Counted from the stretch's first letter, positions 30,433 to 40,595 are shown. The stretch: DNA of 64,000 nucleotides from Hyphomicrobiaceae bacterium (GCA_031429105.1 JANOYV010000090.1:2161-66160); one strand, 5' to 3'. The notes: generated from the sequence alone by a model not told the origin. Program-made: numbers and translations.

Positions 30433-33243
30433 ATGGGGCAGGATACGAAAACCGTACGACCGGTTTCGTCAGCATCGGATGCTGGCGGAGATGAGCCGCG
30501 CGCCGTCAATATTGCGTCCGGGGGACCGCCCCCGCTGCCGCAGCGCGCCCCCGATCAAGGCCAAAAACGTCTCAATTCTCAGCAAGACGCTTCGACCGAT
30601 GAGCCAGAACGCGATGACGATCCCGATGGTGATCGACGCAAAGCGCGGCGGCGCCCCGCCGGTCCGTCGCGCGGCAGAATAGCGGCCAACGACGACGCCC
30701 CTTCGATCGGTGGCCTGATCTACGCACTCAATCAGAAACCCTCAAGCCGACCTTATGTTGTAGCAGCAGGCGCCAGTGGCCTTTGGGCAGCAGCCAGTTT
30801 GGCTTTTGCATGGACCTTGTTCGGTCAAGATCTAATTAGTGGCAAGGCCGTCATTGAAGTCTTCAATCGCACGAACATCCTGCCGGCAATTGCGACGCTA
30901 TGTGGTCCGATTGCGCTGTTCTGGTTCCTGGCTCTCCTCGCATGGCGAGCCGACGAGCTGAAGCTGCGTTCTACGGCCATGACAGAAGTGGCAGTTCGCC
31001 TCGCTGAACCCGATCGCATGGCCGAGCAATCGGTTGCCTCGCTTGGGCAAGCGGTACGGCGCCAAGTGTCGTTCATGAACGATGCGGTCGGGCGCGCATT
31101 GGGTCGAGCCGGCGAACTCGAGGCACTCGTCCACAACGAAGTCACCGCCCTTGAGCGATCCTACGAAGATAACGAGCGTCGTATCAGATCGCTCATTCAA
31201 GAGCTCACTGGCGAGCGTAATGCGCTTCTCACCACCGGTGATCGCGTTTCCGAGACGCTGCGCAGTCTTGGCAGTGAAGTGCCGGGGCTGATCGATAAGC
31301 TATCGAACCAGCAGGTCAAGCTTGCGCGTATCATCGAGGGCGCTGGACAGAACCTCACTCAACTCGAGTCGGCGATGGCGACCCAAACTGGCAACCTTGA
31401 GAACGCGTTGGGTTCACGGACTGACCAGCTACAAAACGTGCTGGAAAGCTATACCTCGGCACTTGGCGGTGCGCTCGGCAATCGAACGACGCAGATGGAA
31501 CAGATGTTCCAAAACTATATGTCGTCAATCGATACCACAATTGGCGGCCGGACAGAGACGCTGCAAAGCGTGTTTGAGGAGTATGCACGCGCGCTCGATA
31601 CGACCCTCGCCAACCGGGCCCAAGCCCTCGACATGCAGCTTGTGGAGCGAACCAAGACGCTCGACAACGCCTTCTCGGAGCGACTGCGATTGTTTGATGA
31701 ATCGATCCTGCGGTCGACAATGGCGATCGATGGCGCCGTCGGTGAAAAGGCCAATGCCCTTACGTCGGCAATGGAACACCATGCCCGCAACATGAGCGAG
31801 ACGATTGGCAAACAGGCCGTCGAGCTCGACGAAACGCTAATGCATGGCATCAACGCAGTGCGCCGGACGAGCGAAAACATTACCAAGCAATCGATCAAAG
31901 CGATTGAAGGTCTTGCCAACCAATCAGACCTATTGAAGAGCGTATCCGAGAACCTGCTTGGTCAAATCAACAACGTGACGAACCGGTTTGAAAACCAGGG
32001 CCAGTCGATCATGAAGGCGGCAAACGCCTTGGAGACCGCGAACTACAAGATCGACGTGACCTTGCAGAACCGACAAGTCGAACTCAGCACGACGCTTGAT
32101 CGCATGTCCGGCAAGGCCGAAGACTTGTCGCGTTTCATGCAAGGCTATTCGACCACGCTCGAAGGCTCGCTCAGCGATGCCGAGAACCGCACGCGCCTGC
32201 TGACCGACGAGTTATCACGCGGCGCCGAAGCGCGCTCACGCTCAACCATCGCCGATATCGAAAGGCTCCGCGCCGATGCGTCCGTCGAGACGGATCGGGC
32301 ACTCGATGATCTGCGCTCGAAATTCTCCAACGTCAGCCAGGAAGTTACGCAACGACTCGGTTCCATGACCGAGCAATTCACCGCATCATCGACTGAGATG
32401 CGTAATCGGGCCGCGGCTGCCGCCAGCGAATTCGAGGCAGAGCAGGCTCATATGCGCGCGCAGCTGCAGAGCATGCCCACCACTTCTCGCGAGAGTGCCG
32501 ACGCCATGCGACGCGCTCTGGGCGACCAGCTCAGAGCATTGGAACAGCTGTCCAGCTTGACCAATCGCGAGGCGGCCCGTCGCGATATCGCCCCACCCGT
32601 TGAAGCCCCCACCCCCGGCCCAAGTTCACTTGTTGGGCCGGGCATGCCGCTTCCAGGCCGCGACGGCGGTCGATCCCTGAGTACACTTGGCAACAGCCTC
32701 GCCCAGGAAATGGGGCAGCGCGCTCACCCCAGGCCACCTGCTGGCGGAGCCCCGGCGCCGCAATCATCCCCTCAGGTCACGCATGACTCCCGAAATTCTT
32801 GGTCGTTCGGCGATCTATTAGCACGAGCTTCGCATGATGAAGATGGCTCCGGACCGTCGAGGTCGGCTGGTCAAATTCAACAAACGACAAGAAATGCTGC
32901 TTCGACCGGTGGCGGTGGACTTAATGTTGATGTCATATCGCGTGCCCTCGATGCGGCAACTGCATCTGCAATCTGGTCGCGATATCGTGCAGGCCAACGT
33001 GGCGTCATGGTACGCAGCATCTATACTGCGGAAGGACGTGCCGCATTCGACGAAGTCGCACGTCGCTTCCGCGAGGAGCCGGACTTCCAACTCACCGTCA
33101 ATCGATATCTAGCCGACTACGAGCGCATTCTGGGCGAGAGCGACCGCCGCGATCCGACGGGTCGTCTCACGCAGAGCCAACTCACGTCAGATACCGGCCG
33201 TGTGTACTTGTTTCTGGCCCACGTGAGCGGTCGACTGAACTAA
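30433..33243 (+). CDS. large membrane-anchored coiled-coil protein with apolipoprotein-like 22-residue repeats (possible GPR/RgsE-type polar growth protein)
   Basis: 936 aa. It has a basic/acidic N-terminal tail and two TM helices (..YVVAAGASGLWAAASLAFAWTLF.., ..ILPAIATLCGPIALFWFLALLAW..), then a long helical repeat region, a Pro-rich linker and a globular-looking C-terminus. Confidence 0.85.
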   Translation: MGQDTKTVRPVSSASDAGGDEPRAVNIASGGPPPLPQRAPDQGQKRLNSQQDASTDEPERDDDPDGDRRKARRRPAGPSRGRIAANDDAPSIGGLIYALNQKPSSRPYVVAAGASGLWAAASLAFAWTLFGQDLISGKAVIEVFNRTNILPAIATLCGPIALFWFLALLAWRADELKLRSTAMTEVAVRLAEPDRMAEQSVASLGQAVRRQVSFMNDAVGRALGRAGELEALVHNEVTALERSYEDNERRIRSLIQELTGERNALLTTGDRVSETLRSLGSEVPGLIDKLSNQQVKLARIIEGAGQNLTQLESAMATQTGNLENALGSRTDQLQNVLESYTSALGGALGNRTTQMEQMFQNYMSSIDTTIGGRTETLQSVFEEYARALDTTLANRAQALDMQLVERTKTLDNAFSERLRLFDESILRSTMAIDGAVGEKANALTSAMEHHARNMSETIGKQAVELDETLMHGINAVRRTSENITKQSIKAIEGLANQSDLLKSVSENLLGQINNVTNRFENQGQSIMKAANALETANYKIDVTLQNRQVELSTTLDRMSGKAEDLSRFMQGYSTTLEGSLSDAENRTRLLTDELSRGAEARSRSTIADIERLRADASVETDRALDDLRSKFSNVSQEVTQRLGSMTEQFTASSTEMRNRAAAAASEFEAEQAHMRAQLQSMPTTSRESADAMRRALGDQLRALEQLSSLTNREAARRDIAPPVEAPTPGPSSLVGPGMPLPGRDGGRSLSTLGNSLAQEMGQRAHPRPPAGGAPAPQSSPQVTHDSRNSWSFGDLLARASHDEDGSGPSRSAGQIQQTTRNAASTGGGGLNVDVISRALDAATASAIWSRYRAGQRGVMVRSIYTAEGRAAFDEVARRFREEPDFQLTVNRYLADYERILGESDRRDPTGRLTQSQLTSDTGRVYLFLAHVSGRLN
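31408..31869 (+). repeat. seven consecutive in-frame 22-codon (66-nt) repeats inside the 30433-33243 CDS
   Basis: LGSRTDQLQNVLESYTSALGGA / LGNRTTQMEQMFQNYMSSIDTT / IGGRTETLQSVFEEYARALDTT / LANRAQALDMQLVERTKTLDNA / FSERLRLFDESILRSTMAIDGA / VGEKANALTSAMEHHARNMSET / IGKQAVELDETLMHGINAVRRT. Weaker copies flank both sides. Confidence 0.6.
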
Positions 33244-33260
33244 AGGGCGACAACACACCC

Positions 33261-34247
33261 GTGCCTGGTTCAAACGCAGTCCTACAAATCAAAGCTTCCA
33301 TTGAATGCTGGCCGATTGACGGCACATTCACGATTTCGCGTGGATCAAAGCGCGAGGCCGTGGTTGTCGTTGTCGAGGTCTCGAATGACGAACATTCTGG
33401 TAGGGGCGAATGCGTGCCCTATGCCCGCTATGGTGAAACTGCCGAAGCAACGCTCACGGAACTCCTTAAACTTGGTCCCGAAACGTCACCGACGATTGCA
33501 CTCCAATCGCTGGTCGGCAAAGCTGCCCACAATGCTCTCGATTGCGCACTTTGGGATTGGCAGGCCAAGCGCACTGGTATTGCGCCATTTAAGCGCGCAG
33601 GTCGGCCCACACCGCAACCGATCCTCACATGCTACACGATCAGCCTCGATACACCGGAGGCGATGGCCGTCGCAGCCAAACGAGTTGCGCAACTGCCTCT
33701 GCTCAAGCTGAAGCTGGGACGCGACGGCGATGCCAACCGTATGCGTGCTGTTCGTGCCAGTCGACCGGACGCGCGTCTCGTGGCTGATGCCAACGAGGGC
33801 TGGGATGTAGCCACTCTTCCCGACTTGATGGACGTTGCCGCCGAATGTCGCCTTGAACTGATCGAGCAACCCCTGGCCGCTGGGGCCGATTCTTTCCTGG
33901 CATCGATCGTACATAAGGTGCCGATTTGCGCCGATGAATCGGCGCACGATGCAGCAAACGTCGCGGCCTTGGCTGGACGCTATGACGCCGTCAACATCAA
34001 GCTCGACAAGACCGGCGGCTTGACCCCGGCACTGGAGATGGTTGAAGCAGCACGCGCGGCCAACATGCGCATCATGGTTGGGTGCATGGTCGCCACTTCC
34101 CTTTCGATGGCACCGGCCCTCGTACTTTCAGGTGACGCCGACTGGGTCGATCTTGACGGTCCACTCCTGCTCGCAAGCGACCGTCCGCACGGCCTCGTCA
34201 TTCGGGATGGTTGGATCGAACCGGCACTGCCGTCACTTTGGGGGTAG
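33261..34247 (+). CDS. enolase-superfamily dipeptide epimerase / N-acyl-D-Glu racemase-like (MR/MLE family)
   Basis: 328 aa with ..WPIDGTFTISRGSK..GRGECVPYARYGET.., ..LKLKLG.., ..ADANEGW.., ..IEQPL.., ..ADES.., ..NIKLDKTGG... Confidence 0.8.
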   Translation: MPGSNAVLQIKASIECWPIDGTFTISRGSKREAVVVVVEVSNDEHSGRGECVPYARYGETAEATLTELLKLGPETSPTIALQSLVGKAAHNALDCALWDWQAKRTGIAPFKRAGRPTPQPILTCYTISLDTPEAMAVAAKRVAQLPLLKLKLGRDGDANRMRAVRASRPDARLVADANEGWDVATLPDLMDVAAECRLELIEQPLAAGADSFLASIVHKVPICADESAHDAANVAALAGRYDAVNIKLDKTGGLTPALEMVEAARAANMRIMVGCMVATSLSMAPALVLSGDADWVDLDGPLLLASDRPHGLVIRDGWIEPALPSLWG

Positions 34248-35418
34248 ACCGCCGCAAAGCCAGTGCGGCGCCGAGGCTGACGCCGGCGAGCACGGCCATT
34301 CCAAGATAACTCAAACCACCATAGCGCTGATAGGCAAAGCCCGCAAACAACATCGCGAGCCCCATGCCAATCCCGGCCGTGACCGTTGAATACAGCGCCT
34401 GGGCGGTGCCAGCTTGCCCCTGCGGAACACGTGCCTGGATGTAATGCATAGCCCCCAGATGGCTCGCACCATAAGTGAGCCCATGCAGGACTTGCAGAGC
34501 AAATAGTGCTGACAACGGTGGATCGAGGGCCATCATAGACCAACGGAACAACGACACAGCCGCTCCGATCACAATCAGATCGACTACACGGATCCGCGCG
34601 AGCACCTGCTTCGACCACCAGAACAGTGCAATTTCTGCGACCACGCCGATTGACCACAACAGGCCAATCCAACTGGCGGATACACCCGTCGTGCGCCAAT
34701 GCAGCACGCCAAACGCGTAGAAAACGGCATGCGCCGACTGCGCAGCACCTGCCGCCAGTAGAAACAAAAGCAAAGGTCGCGACGAGATGAGCGCGCTGGC
34801 GGCTGCCAAATTCAGGCCGGATCCTGCAACGCGCTGTTTATTGACATCGGTTGAGAGCTGTCTTGCTGGGCGTGGCAACGCAAGTGCTGCACACAGCGTT
34901 GAAACCGCCCCAATCATCAGCAAGCCAACGATCACGTCTGAACCTTGCCAATCAATCAGTGCGGCACCGGCAAATGTAATCAGAATAAATGTTGCAGACC
35001 CCCACAGCCGCATCCGCCCGTAGTCGTGTCCGCCACGACTAACACCAGCCATGGCAATCGTCTCGATCAGCGGCATGATCGATTGGATCGCGACCAGAAA
35101 TACGGTTGCACACAGCAGGATCGGCCAAAAACCGCGCGCGCCCCACAGCAACACCAGCATACCAACCCCGATCGCGCTAAGGGCGATCACCACGAGCCTG
35201 TGATCGCCGTGCCGATCAGCATGAATGGCAATGAGCGGTGTCAGAAGGAGCCGCGCAATCAGCGGAACCGACGAAACCATGCCAATTTCGGCCGCGGTCA
35301 GTCCTCGTGCATCCAACAGCACCGGCAGATACGGTAGCGATGTTCCGTAGACCAGGAACAAGGCGCCGAAAAACGCACTAATTCGCCACGCAAACCAACG
35401 ATCATCGGTTCCCACCAC
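34198..35418 (-). CDS. MFS transporter (MFS_1_like/HcaT-like)
   Basis: 406 aa with 12 predicted TM helices and ..LPYLPVLLDARGLTAAEIGMV... Its 3' end overlaps the convergent epimerase gene by 50 nt. Confidence 0.8.
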   Translation of the reverse strand: MVGTDDRWFAWRISAFFGALFLVYGTSLPYLPVLLDARGLTAAEIGMVSSVPLIARLLLTPLIAIHADRHGDHRLVVIALSAIGVGMLVLLWGARGFWPILLCATVFLVAIQSIMPLIETIAMAGVSRGGHDYGRMRLWGSATFILITFAGAALIDWQGSDVIVGLLMIGAVSTLCAALALPRPARQLSTDVNKQRVAGSGLNLAAASALISSRPLLLFLLAAGAAQSAHAVFYAFGVLHWRTTGVSASWIGLLWSIGVVAEIALFWWSKQVLARIRVVDLIVIGAAVSLFRWSMMALDPPLSALFALQVLHGLTYGASHLGAMHYIQARVPQGQAGTAQALYSTVTAGIGMGLAMLFAGFAYQRYGGLSYLGMAVLAGVSLGAALALRRSTPKVTAVPVRSNHPE

Positions 35419-35591
35419 GGCACTCCCGCATATCGCTTCAACGGATAACCGGCAATCACTTGCCGCACTAGGCTCACAGAGCGCTAATCAACCAGGCGCT
35501 GATGGCATCCGACAACGGTGCGGAGGCACCGAATCACGTATTGCTGGTGTGTCTTAACAGTGGCTCCAACAATCGCCAGCGGACCGTCGCC

Positions 35592-36206
35592 ATGAATCAG
35601 TCGAAAAAATTCCAATCCGCTGCCTTTCCAGGCGGCGCCGATATTGAGACCGAGTACCGGTCCATCGAAGCGGCACTGCTAGAGAGTGCCCGTGGGCGGT
35701 GGTTTTTGGCCGAGCATGGTCGCCGTGCGCGCCGTCTCGATAGTGCCATGCTGGAAGATGCGCTCGGCAAGCTCCAGTCATCGCTGCGCCAGCCCCCCGC
35801 ACTGTTGGGCCAGTTGCAGACCGAGGTGTCCAACTTGAAGAGCGCATTGCAGGCGGCTCGTGGGCGCGTTACAGCGAAGCCCAACGCACAAACCGATGAG
35901 ACCGCTCCGGCCGAGATCCTTAAGTCCGCCGAAGCCCTGCATCAACTCGCTTGGTCACTGCAAGCGGCGCCGATCAACGCCGAGGCGTGCAAGCGGATTG
36001 CGCGGCATGCTAGTGAAATCCACGCCCACAGCGCGCGTCAATCGGCGCAGTCAAAACGCGCAATTGACGCTGCGGACGCGCTCGACGCCGCCATCGCTCG
36101 GCTGGATGCGGTCTTGCAGACAATCAAGCACGAAGCCGAAGTCGACGCGGCTACGGCTAGTGCCGACGATGTCGCGCGCTTCAATGCACTGCTTACGCCG
36201 CCATGA
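35592..36206 (+). CDS. hypothetical alpha-helical protein
   Basis: ORF 35502-36206, with the ATG at 35592 (MNQSKKF..) preferred. It contains ..IEAALLESARGRWFLAEHGRRAR.., which looks like a conserved motif I cannot place. Confidence 0.45.
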   Translation: MNQSKKFQSAAFPGGADIETEYRSIEAALLESARGRWFLAEHGRRARRLDSAMLEDALGKLQSSLRQPPALLGQLQTEVSNLKSALQAARGRVTAKPNAQTDETAPAEILKSAEALHQLAWSLQAAPINAEACKRIARHASEIHAHSARQSAQSKRAIDAADALDAAIARLDAVLQTIKHEAEVDAATASADDVARFNALLTPP

Positions 36207-37179
36207 TGATCTGAGCAAAATCTGCCGGATCGACGTTTCCACCTGAGAGTACGCAAGCAATAGTACGGTTCTTGGTCGGCAGTTTACCGGCCAACACGGC
36301 TGCAAGCGCAGCAGCCCCACCAGGCTCCAACACAAGTTTCAATTCATGATAGGCAAAGCGCATGGCGGCGCGCGCCTCTTCATCGGTGACCACAAGACCA
36401 CTCTTCATCGTCTGCTGCCCAATTGCAAACGTGAGTTTACCCGGCGAATTTGCCATCAGGGCATCGCAGATCGAGCCAGACATGGTAGGGTTCTTTTCCC
36501 GAGCGCCGCTGACGAGTGAGCGCGAGAAATCGTCGAAGCCAGCCGGCTCAACGGTATGCACATCCGAGCCAGGGTTGGCATGTTTCACCGCCAGCGCAAC
36601 GCCAGATGCCAACCCCCCACCGGAGCAGCAGATGATGACCGCGTCGGGCGTTGCCCCAAGTGCTTTGGCTTGCGCCATTAGTTCGAGACCGACCGTGCCC
36701 TGCCCGGCAATGACATTAAAATCATCGAAGGGATGCACGAAGGCAGCCGCTCGTTCGGTACAAATGCGCTGCGCAATGGCATCGCGGTCTTCGGTGTTGC
36801 GATCATAGAGGACAACCTCGGCGCCGAATGCTTTGGTTCGGTCTCTCTTTAAGCGTGGTGCGTCTGCTGGCATCACGACAACTGACTTCATGTTGCAGAG
36901 CGTCGCTGCCGCCGCGATCCCCTGCGCGTGATTGCCGGATGAACACGCGACAACGCCACCGGGGAATTTGGCGCGATCAATTTGCACCACAGCGTTGTAG
37001 GCCCCGCGGAATTTGAATGCCCCGACACGTTGCAAGTTCTCGGCTTTTAACAGCACCCGTCCGCCTGAGCGCTGATTGAGAGCGGGATGCTCAATCAGGG
37101 GGGTGCGCACGGCGAGCTTAGCAAGTCGGTCCGCAGCAGCCAGGATATCGTTATGGGTTGGCAAAGTGATTGACGGCAT
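36193..37179 (-). CDS. PLP-dependent threonine/serine ammonia-lyase family enzyme
   Basis: ..LLKAENLQRVGAFKFRGAYN.. (PLP-lysine motif) and ..SSGNHAQG... The ATG at 37179 is preferred over 37230. Confidence 0.85.
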   Translation of the reverse strand: MPSITLPTHNDILAAADRLAKLAVRTPLIEHPALNQRSGGRVLLKAENLQRVGAFKFRGAYNAVVQIDRAKFPGGVVACSSGNHAQGIAAAATLCNMKSVVVMPADAPRLKRDRTKAFGAEVVLYDRNTEDRDAIAQRICTERAAAFVHPFDDFNVIAGQGTVGLELMAQAKALGATPDAVIICCSGGGLASGVALAVKHANPGSDVHTVEPAGFDDFSRSLVSGAREKNPTMSGSICDALMANSPGKLTFAIGQQTMKSGLVVTDEEARAAMRFAYHELKLVLEPGGAAALAAVLAGKLPTKNRTIACVLSGGNVDPADFAQIIMAA

Positions 37180-37319
37180 GTTGCCTCGGGCAAGGTTGAA
37201 GACCTCAGTCACTTGAATAGAGATCAACAATCAAGGTGGGTCAACCCGGTCACGCAAAACAACGAAAAAGGCCAACCCGTTTCCGGATCGGCCTTTCAAA
37301 ACCTGCCATACGCCTCAGA

Positions 37320-38588
37320 TTACCAACGGGTCTTTAGCGCAACCGAAAGGATATCTGTCTTCGCTTCCACGTCGGCGACGACGCGAAGACCCTGTTGCGA
37401 CAACCGGTCCAGCTCGGCATCCTTCAGGAAGATGTGCGTGTAGGCGAAATCAATCGTGGTCGAAGCGCTGTACTTGTAGGATGCGCCGATGCTGGCCCAG
37501 ATACGATCTGAATCAGGGATACCGACGATGCGCTTCGTGGGGTCATCAACGGGCGAGATTTCGTAGCCGACGCCGGTGCGCAGGGTGAGTGCTCTATTTA
37601 CGTCGTACTCGCCACCAACCGAGAACAGCCAGCTGTCGCTCCACTTCGCATCAATAACAACGTCCGCACCGACCTGCCGCTTCACACGGAGTTCGTCGAA
37701 GACGCTCCAGCTGGTGTATTCGACCGTGCCGAGCAAGCGCATGTTTGGCGCCATCGCCTGACGCAAGCTGAGGGTAACGATGTCAGGCAATTTGACATCG
37801 ACCGTGCCATTCGTCGGTGCAGCAACCGGCGAGAAGAACGTGCCTTCGAGTTTCTCAGTCATGCGCGAGCGATAACCGAGGCCGATGTTTGTGCCGGGCG
37901 CTGGGGCGAAGTTGATACCAGCCGTCGCGCCGAACGCGAGGTCGTTGCCTTCAAACCCGGCTGAGCCAGGAATTAGAGCGCCGCCGCCTCCGAGTGCCGC
38001 AAACTTAAACTGACCGCTGGCATACATCATTTGAGCGCCGACACCGACGGTGATGGCTGGCGATACGCGATAGGCAATCGTCGGGTTGACGTTGACGGTG
38101 AACAGGTGCGACGTGCGACCCAGAACAGCGCCCTTATAATTGTTGTTCTCTGGTTCCGTCGTCAGGCCGAACGGCGAATTGATACCAAGACCGACGAACA
38201 GGTTCGGGTCAAAGTTCCTGAACTGGTAGGTCATGTAGCTCGCGGGCACAATCGCCAGCCCAGCAATGCTGCCACTGTTCGAATTCAACCCGCCCAGCTG
38301 AACGGCCGTGCCGCCCTTGGTGTGAACCTCTGCATCCGGAATGATCAAGGCATAGTTTGATTCAGTATTGAACCCTTCCTTGGAGGCCGTAGCCGCCGGG
38401 TTCCAGAACATGGTGCCAATGCCGCCGCCCATGGCAGCACTACCGGCGAAGGACATACCCTGAAATTCCGTCGACTGCTCGCGCACCGCGAAACCACCAG
38501 CGACAGCAACAGCAGCACTTGAGATCAGCGCGGTAACCGCGACTGTACCCAGAAGCGCTGACCGCCTATTTCCCGAAAACTTGTACAT
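37320..38588 (-). CDS. OmpP1/FadL/TodX-family outer membrane transporter
   Basis: MYKFSGNRRSALLGTVAVTALISSAAVAVAGGFAVREQSTEFQGMSFAG.. followed by beta-strand periodicity that ends in an aromatic residue (..ALKTRW). The ATG at 38588 is preceded by GGGGGG. Confidence 0.85.
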   Translation of the reverse strand: MYKFSGNRRSALLGTVAVTALISSAAVAVAGGFAVREQSTEFQGMSFAGSAAMGGGIGTMFWNPAATASKEGFNTESNYALIIPDAEVHTKGGTAVQLGGLNSNSGSIAGLAIVPASYMTYQFRNFDPNLFVGLGINSPFGLTTEPENNNYKGAVLGRTSHLFTVNVNPTIAYRVSPAITVGVGAQMMYASGQFKFAALGGGGALIPGSAGFEGNDLAFGATAGINFAPAPGTNIGLGYRSRMTEKLEGTFFSPVAAPTNGTVDVKLPDIVTLSLRQAMAPNMRLLGTVEYTSWSVFDELRVKRQVGADVVIDAKWSDSWLFSVGGEYDVNRALTLRTGVGYEISPVDDPTKRIVGIPDSDRIWASIGASYKYSASTTIDFAYTHIFLKDAELDRLSQQGLRVVADVEAKTDILSVALKTRW

Positions 38589-38839
38589 GATCCCCCCAAG
38601 GCATTTTTCGCCGCGGCGCCAACGCATACATTCGGATCGGCCATCGCGATGGATTAAAACTTAGTCAAGAAGCTGCCACAGTTGCAAATGCCGAATGGTC
38701 TTTGGCTGCACACCTGCCCTGATTCTTGGCAACATGTGCTCATCAGGCCACGGATATAAACGTTCAATGGCGTCGTTGCCTTCCAATGCGGCATAAATGT
38801 TTGGCCCAATCGAATGGGAAAAGCGGGATGTGCCAAGAA

Positions 38840-38870
38840 AAAACCGGCCCAGGCGAACTGGACCGGTTTT
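38840..38870. terminator. bidirectional intrinsic terminator-like hairpin
   Basis: aaaaccggcccag-gcgaa-ctggaccggtttt: 13-bp arms with a single C/A mismatch and a GCGAA loop. An A-tract precedes it and a T-tract follows it, so it reads as a hairpin plus U-tract on both strands. Confidence 0.6.
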
Positions 38871-39093
38871 CAATTCAGCAAGCTCAGCAGCCCCGCGCCA
38901 AACCTGCTTCCCCGACATCGCGCTGCAAGTTGACCTCGTCCCCCCAGATCCGACCAACTGCGCTGCGACCCAACACCTGACAGAGCGACTGCCCTACTTC
39001 AATCGGTTGTGGTCAGCCTGCAAGGTAATAGTGTGAACCCGGTGCCTGGACGCCACAGCCACGTCCAGTTCCAGTTCCAGTACCGCCGTCAAT

Positions 39094-39594
39094 CTAGCAT
39101 TTATCGAGTCCAATATTGATGCGAGTGATATCGAAACCAGTCGGTGTGATGCTGATCGACTGCTTGCAATTGGTTGTGGTTACGGCCATTGCGGCGGTGA
39201 ACGTCGGCCCCTGGATCGAGACATTGAATCCGTTCCCGGTGAAGCGTCCAGCAACCGAGCCGATCGCCGCGTAGGTTTTTTCTTCCCATTCGCCGGTCAA
39301 CTGCCCGTTGGCGTTGTTAAGCTTTGCGGTCGCATCGATCTTGTAGCTCGTTGAGGCGCACCGCAGGTTCTGCTTGACCTGAGCTCCACCGCCGTCGACG
39401 AAATAGGTCGCCACGCACTTGACTTGCTCGGTCGCCCCATTGGTCATAGTAATCGAGCCCCAACCCGACCAGCGGCCAACTAAATCATTGATCGGAGCGG
39501 CAATTCCGGCGCCCGTCGCAAAAAACACAGTGCTAATCGAAGTCACTGCTGCGACTAATCGAACGACGTTTGACCTTATCCTGCTTGAACGCAT
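39094..39594 (-). CDS. hypothetical exported protein
   Basis: The ATG at 39594 is preceded by GGAGGAG. A signal peptide (MRSSRIRSNVVRLVAAVTSISTVFFATGAGIAAP..) is followed by a beta-rich body with four Cys. No family recognised. Confidence 0.6.
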   Translation of the reverse strand: MRSSRIRSNVVRLVAAVTSISTVFFATGAGIAAPINDLVGRWSGWGSITMTNGATEQVKCVATYFVDGGGAQVKQNLRCASTSYKIDATAKLNNANGQLTGEWEEKTYAAIGSVAGRFTGNGFNVSIQGPTFTAAMAVTTTNCKQSISITPTGFDITRINIGLDKC

Positions 39595-39770
39595 GATCGT
39601 CTCCTCCGGCCTGAGGGCCCCGGCGCAACCAGTTTGTTGCACGCTAATGCAGTTCGCTGCCTAAATCCGTGCTCCAAAAGCAACGCTGTTCAACTGTATG
39701 ACACGCACTCAGCCCAAAGCTAACTTATGTCAGGCGTCAAGCGCCGAGCTGCCGTTGCGGTGGAGTACGC

Positions 39771-40595
39771 TCAAATGCAGGGCGGACAGCGCTTTATTGC
39801 GAATAAATGGTCGACCGGACCATTGCCAGCGCCGATTTTCAGATCGCGCCCAGCCTCGAGTGCCAACCAGACGTAGGTTTTGGCCCGCTCGATCGCATCA
39901 ACTAGCGGGACACCCTGAGCGAGCAAGGCTGCGATGGCAGCCGACAAGGTGCACCCTGTGCCGTGCGTCGCGGTCGTTGCCACTCGCGGTCGCTCGAAGC
40001 GCGTGATGCCGCTCGCCCGTGCGAGGATATCAACGGAGGTCGGACCGCTGCCATGGCCACCTTTGATCAGTACCGCCTGGCAACCCAGCGTCAACAGCGC
40101 CTGCGCCTGATCAACCGCTTCCTGATCCGTCGTGGCAATGGGGCGGTCAAGCAACCGTGCCGCCTCGGGTAAATTTGGCGTGAGCAAGAGCGCGCGCGGG
40201 ATCAAACGATGCCGGATCGTTTCAACAGCTGGCGGGTCCAGGAGATTGTCGCCGCTGGTCGCCACCATCACCGGATCAACGACGAGTGGAATACCGGGGG
40301 CCGTCGCCAATCGGGCCACCACCGCATCGACGATGGCGCGCGTTGCCAGCATGCCCGTTTTGATTGCTGCGACGGCCAGATCGGAGAGTACCGAGTCGAG
40401 CTGGGCCGCAACGAAATCGGCTGGCACTGAATGTATAGCCTGAACACCGCGGGTATTTTGCGCGGTCAATGCCGTGATCACCGATGCGCCATAAACCCCG
40501 AGCGCCGAGAATGTCTTCAGATCCGCCTGGATGCCAGCACCGCCAGAGCTATCCGAGCCGGCGATGCTCAGCGCAATCGGAGTTGTAGTGGTCAT
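39771..40595 (-). CDS. thiD: hydroxymethylpyrimidine/phosphomethylpyrimidine kinase
   Basis: ..ALSIAGSDSSGGAGIQADLKTFSALGVYG..TALTAQNT.., ..KTGML.., ..HGTGCTLSAAIAA... ATGA overlap with the upstream ccdA. Confidence 0.9.
   Translation of the reverse strand: MTTTTPIALSIAGSDSSGGAGIQADLKTFSALGVYGASVITALTAQNTRGVQAIHSVPADFVAAQLDSVLSDLAVAAIKTGMLATRAIVDAVVARLATAPGIPLVVDPVMVATSGDNLLDPPAVETIRHRLIPRALLLTPNLPEAARLLDRPIATTDQEAVDQAQALLTLGCQAVLIKGGHGSGPTSVDILARASGITRFERPRVATTATHGTGCTLSAAIAALLAQGVPLVDAIERAKTYVWLALEAGRDLKIGAGNGPVDHLFAIKRCPPCI

Noticed and set aside
38661-38957. 98-codon minus-strand ORF between the exported-protein gene and the FadL-like gene
   Set aside because: It reads through a near-perfect 13-bp terminator hairpin, has no SD or recognisable motif, and starts on a non-ATG codon. 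I treated the region as non-coding.
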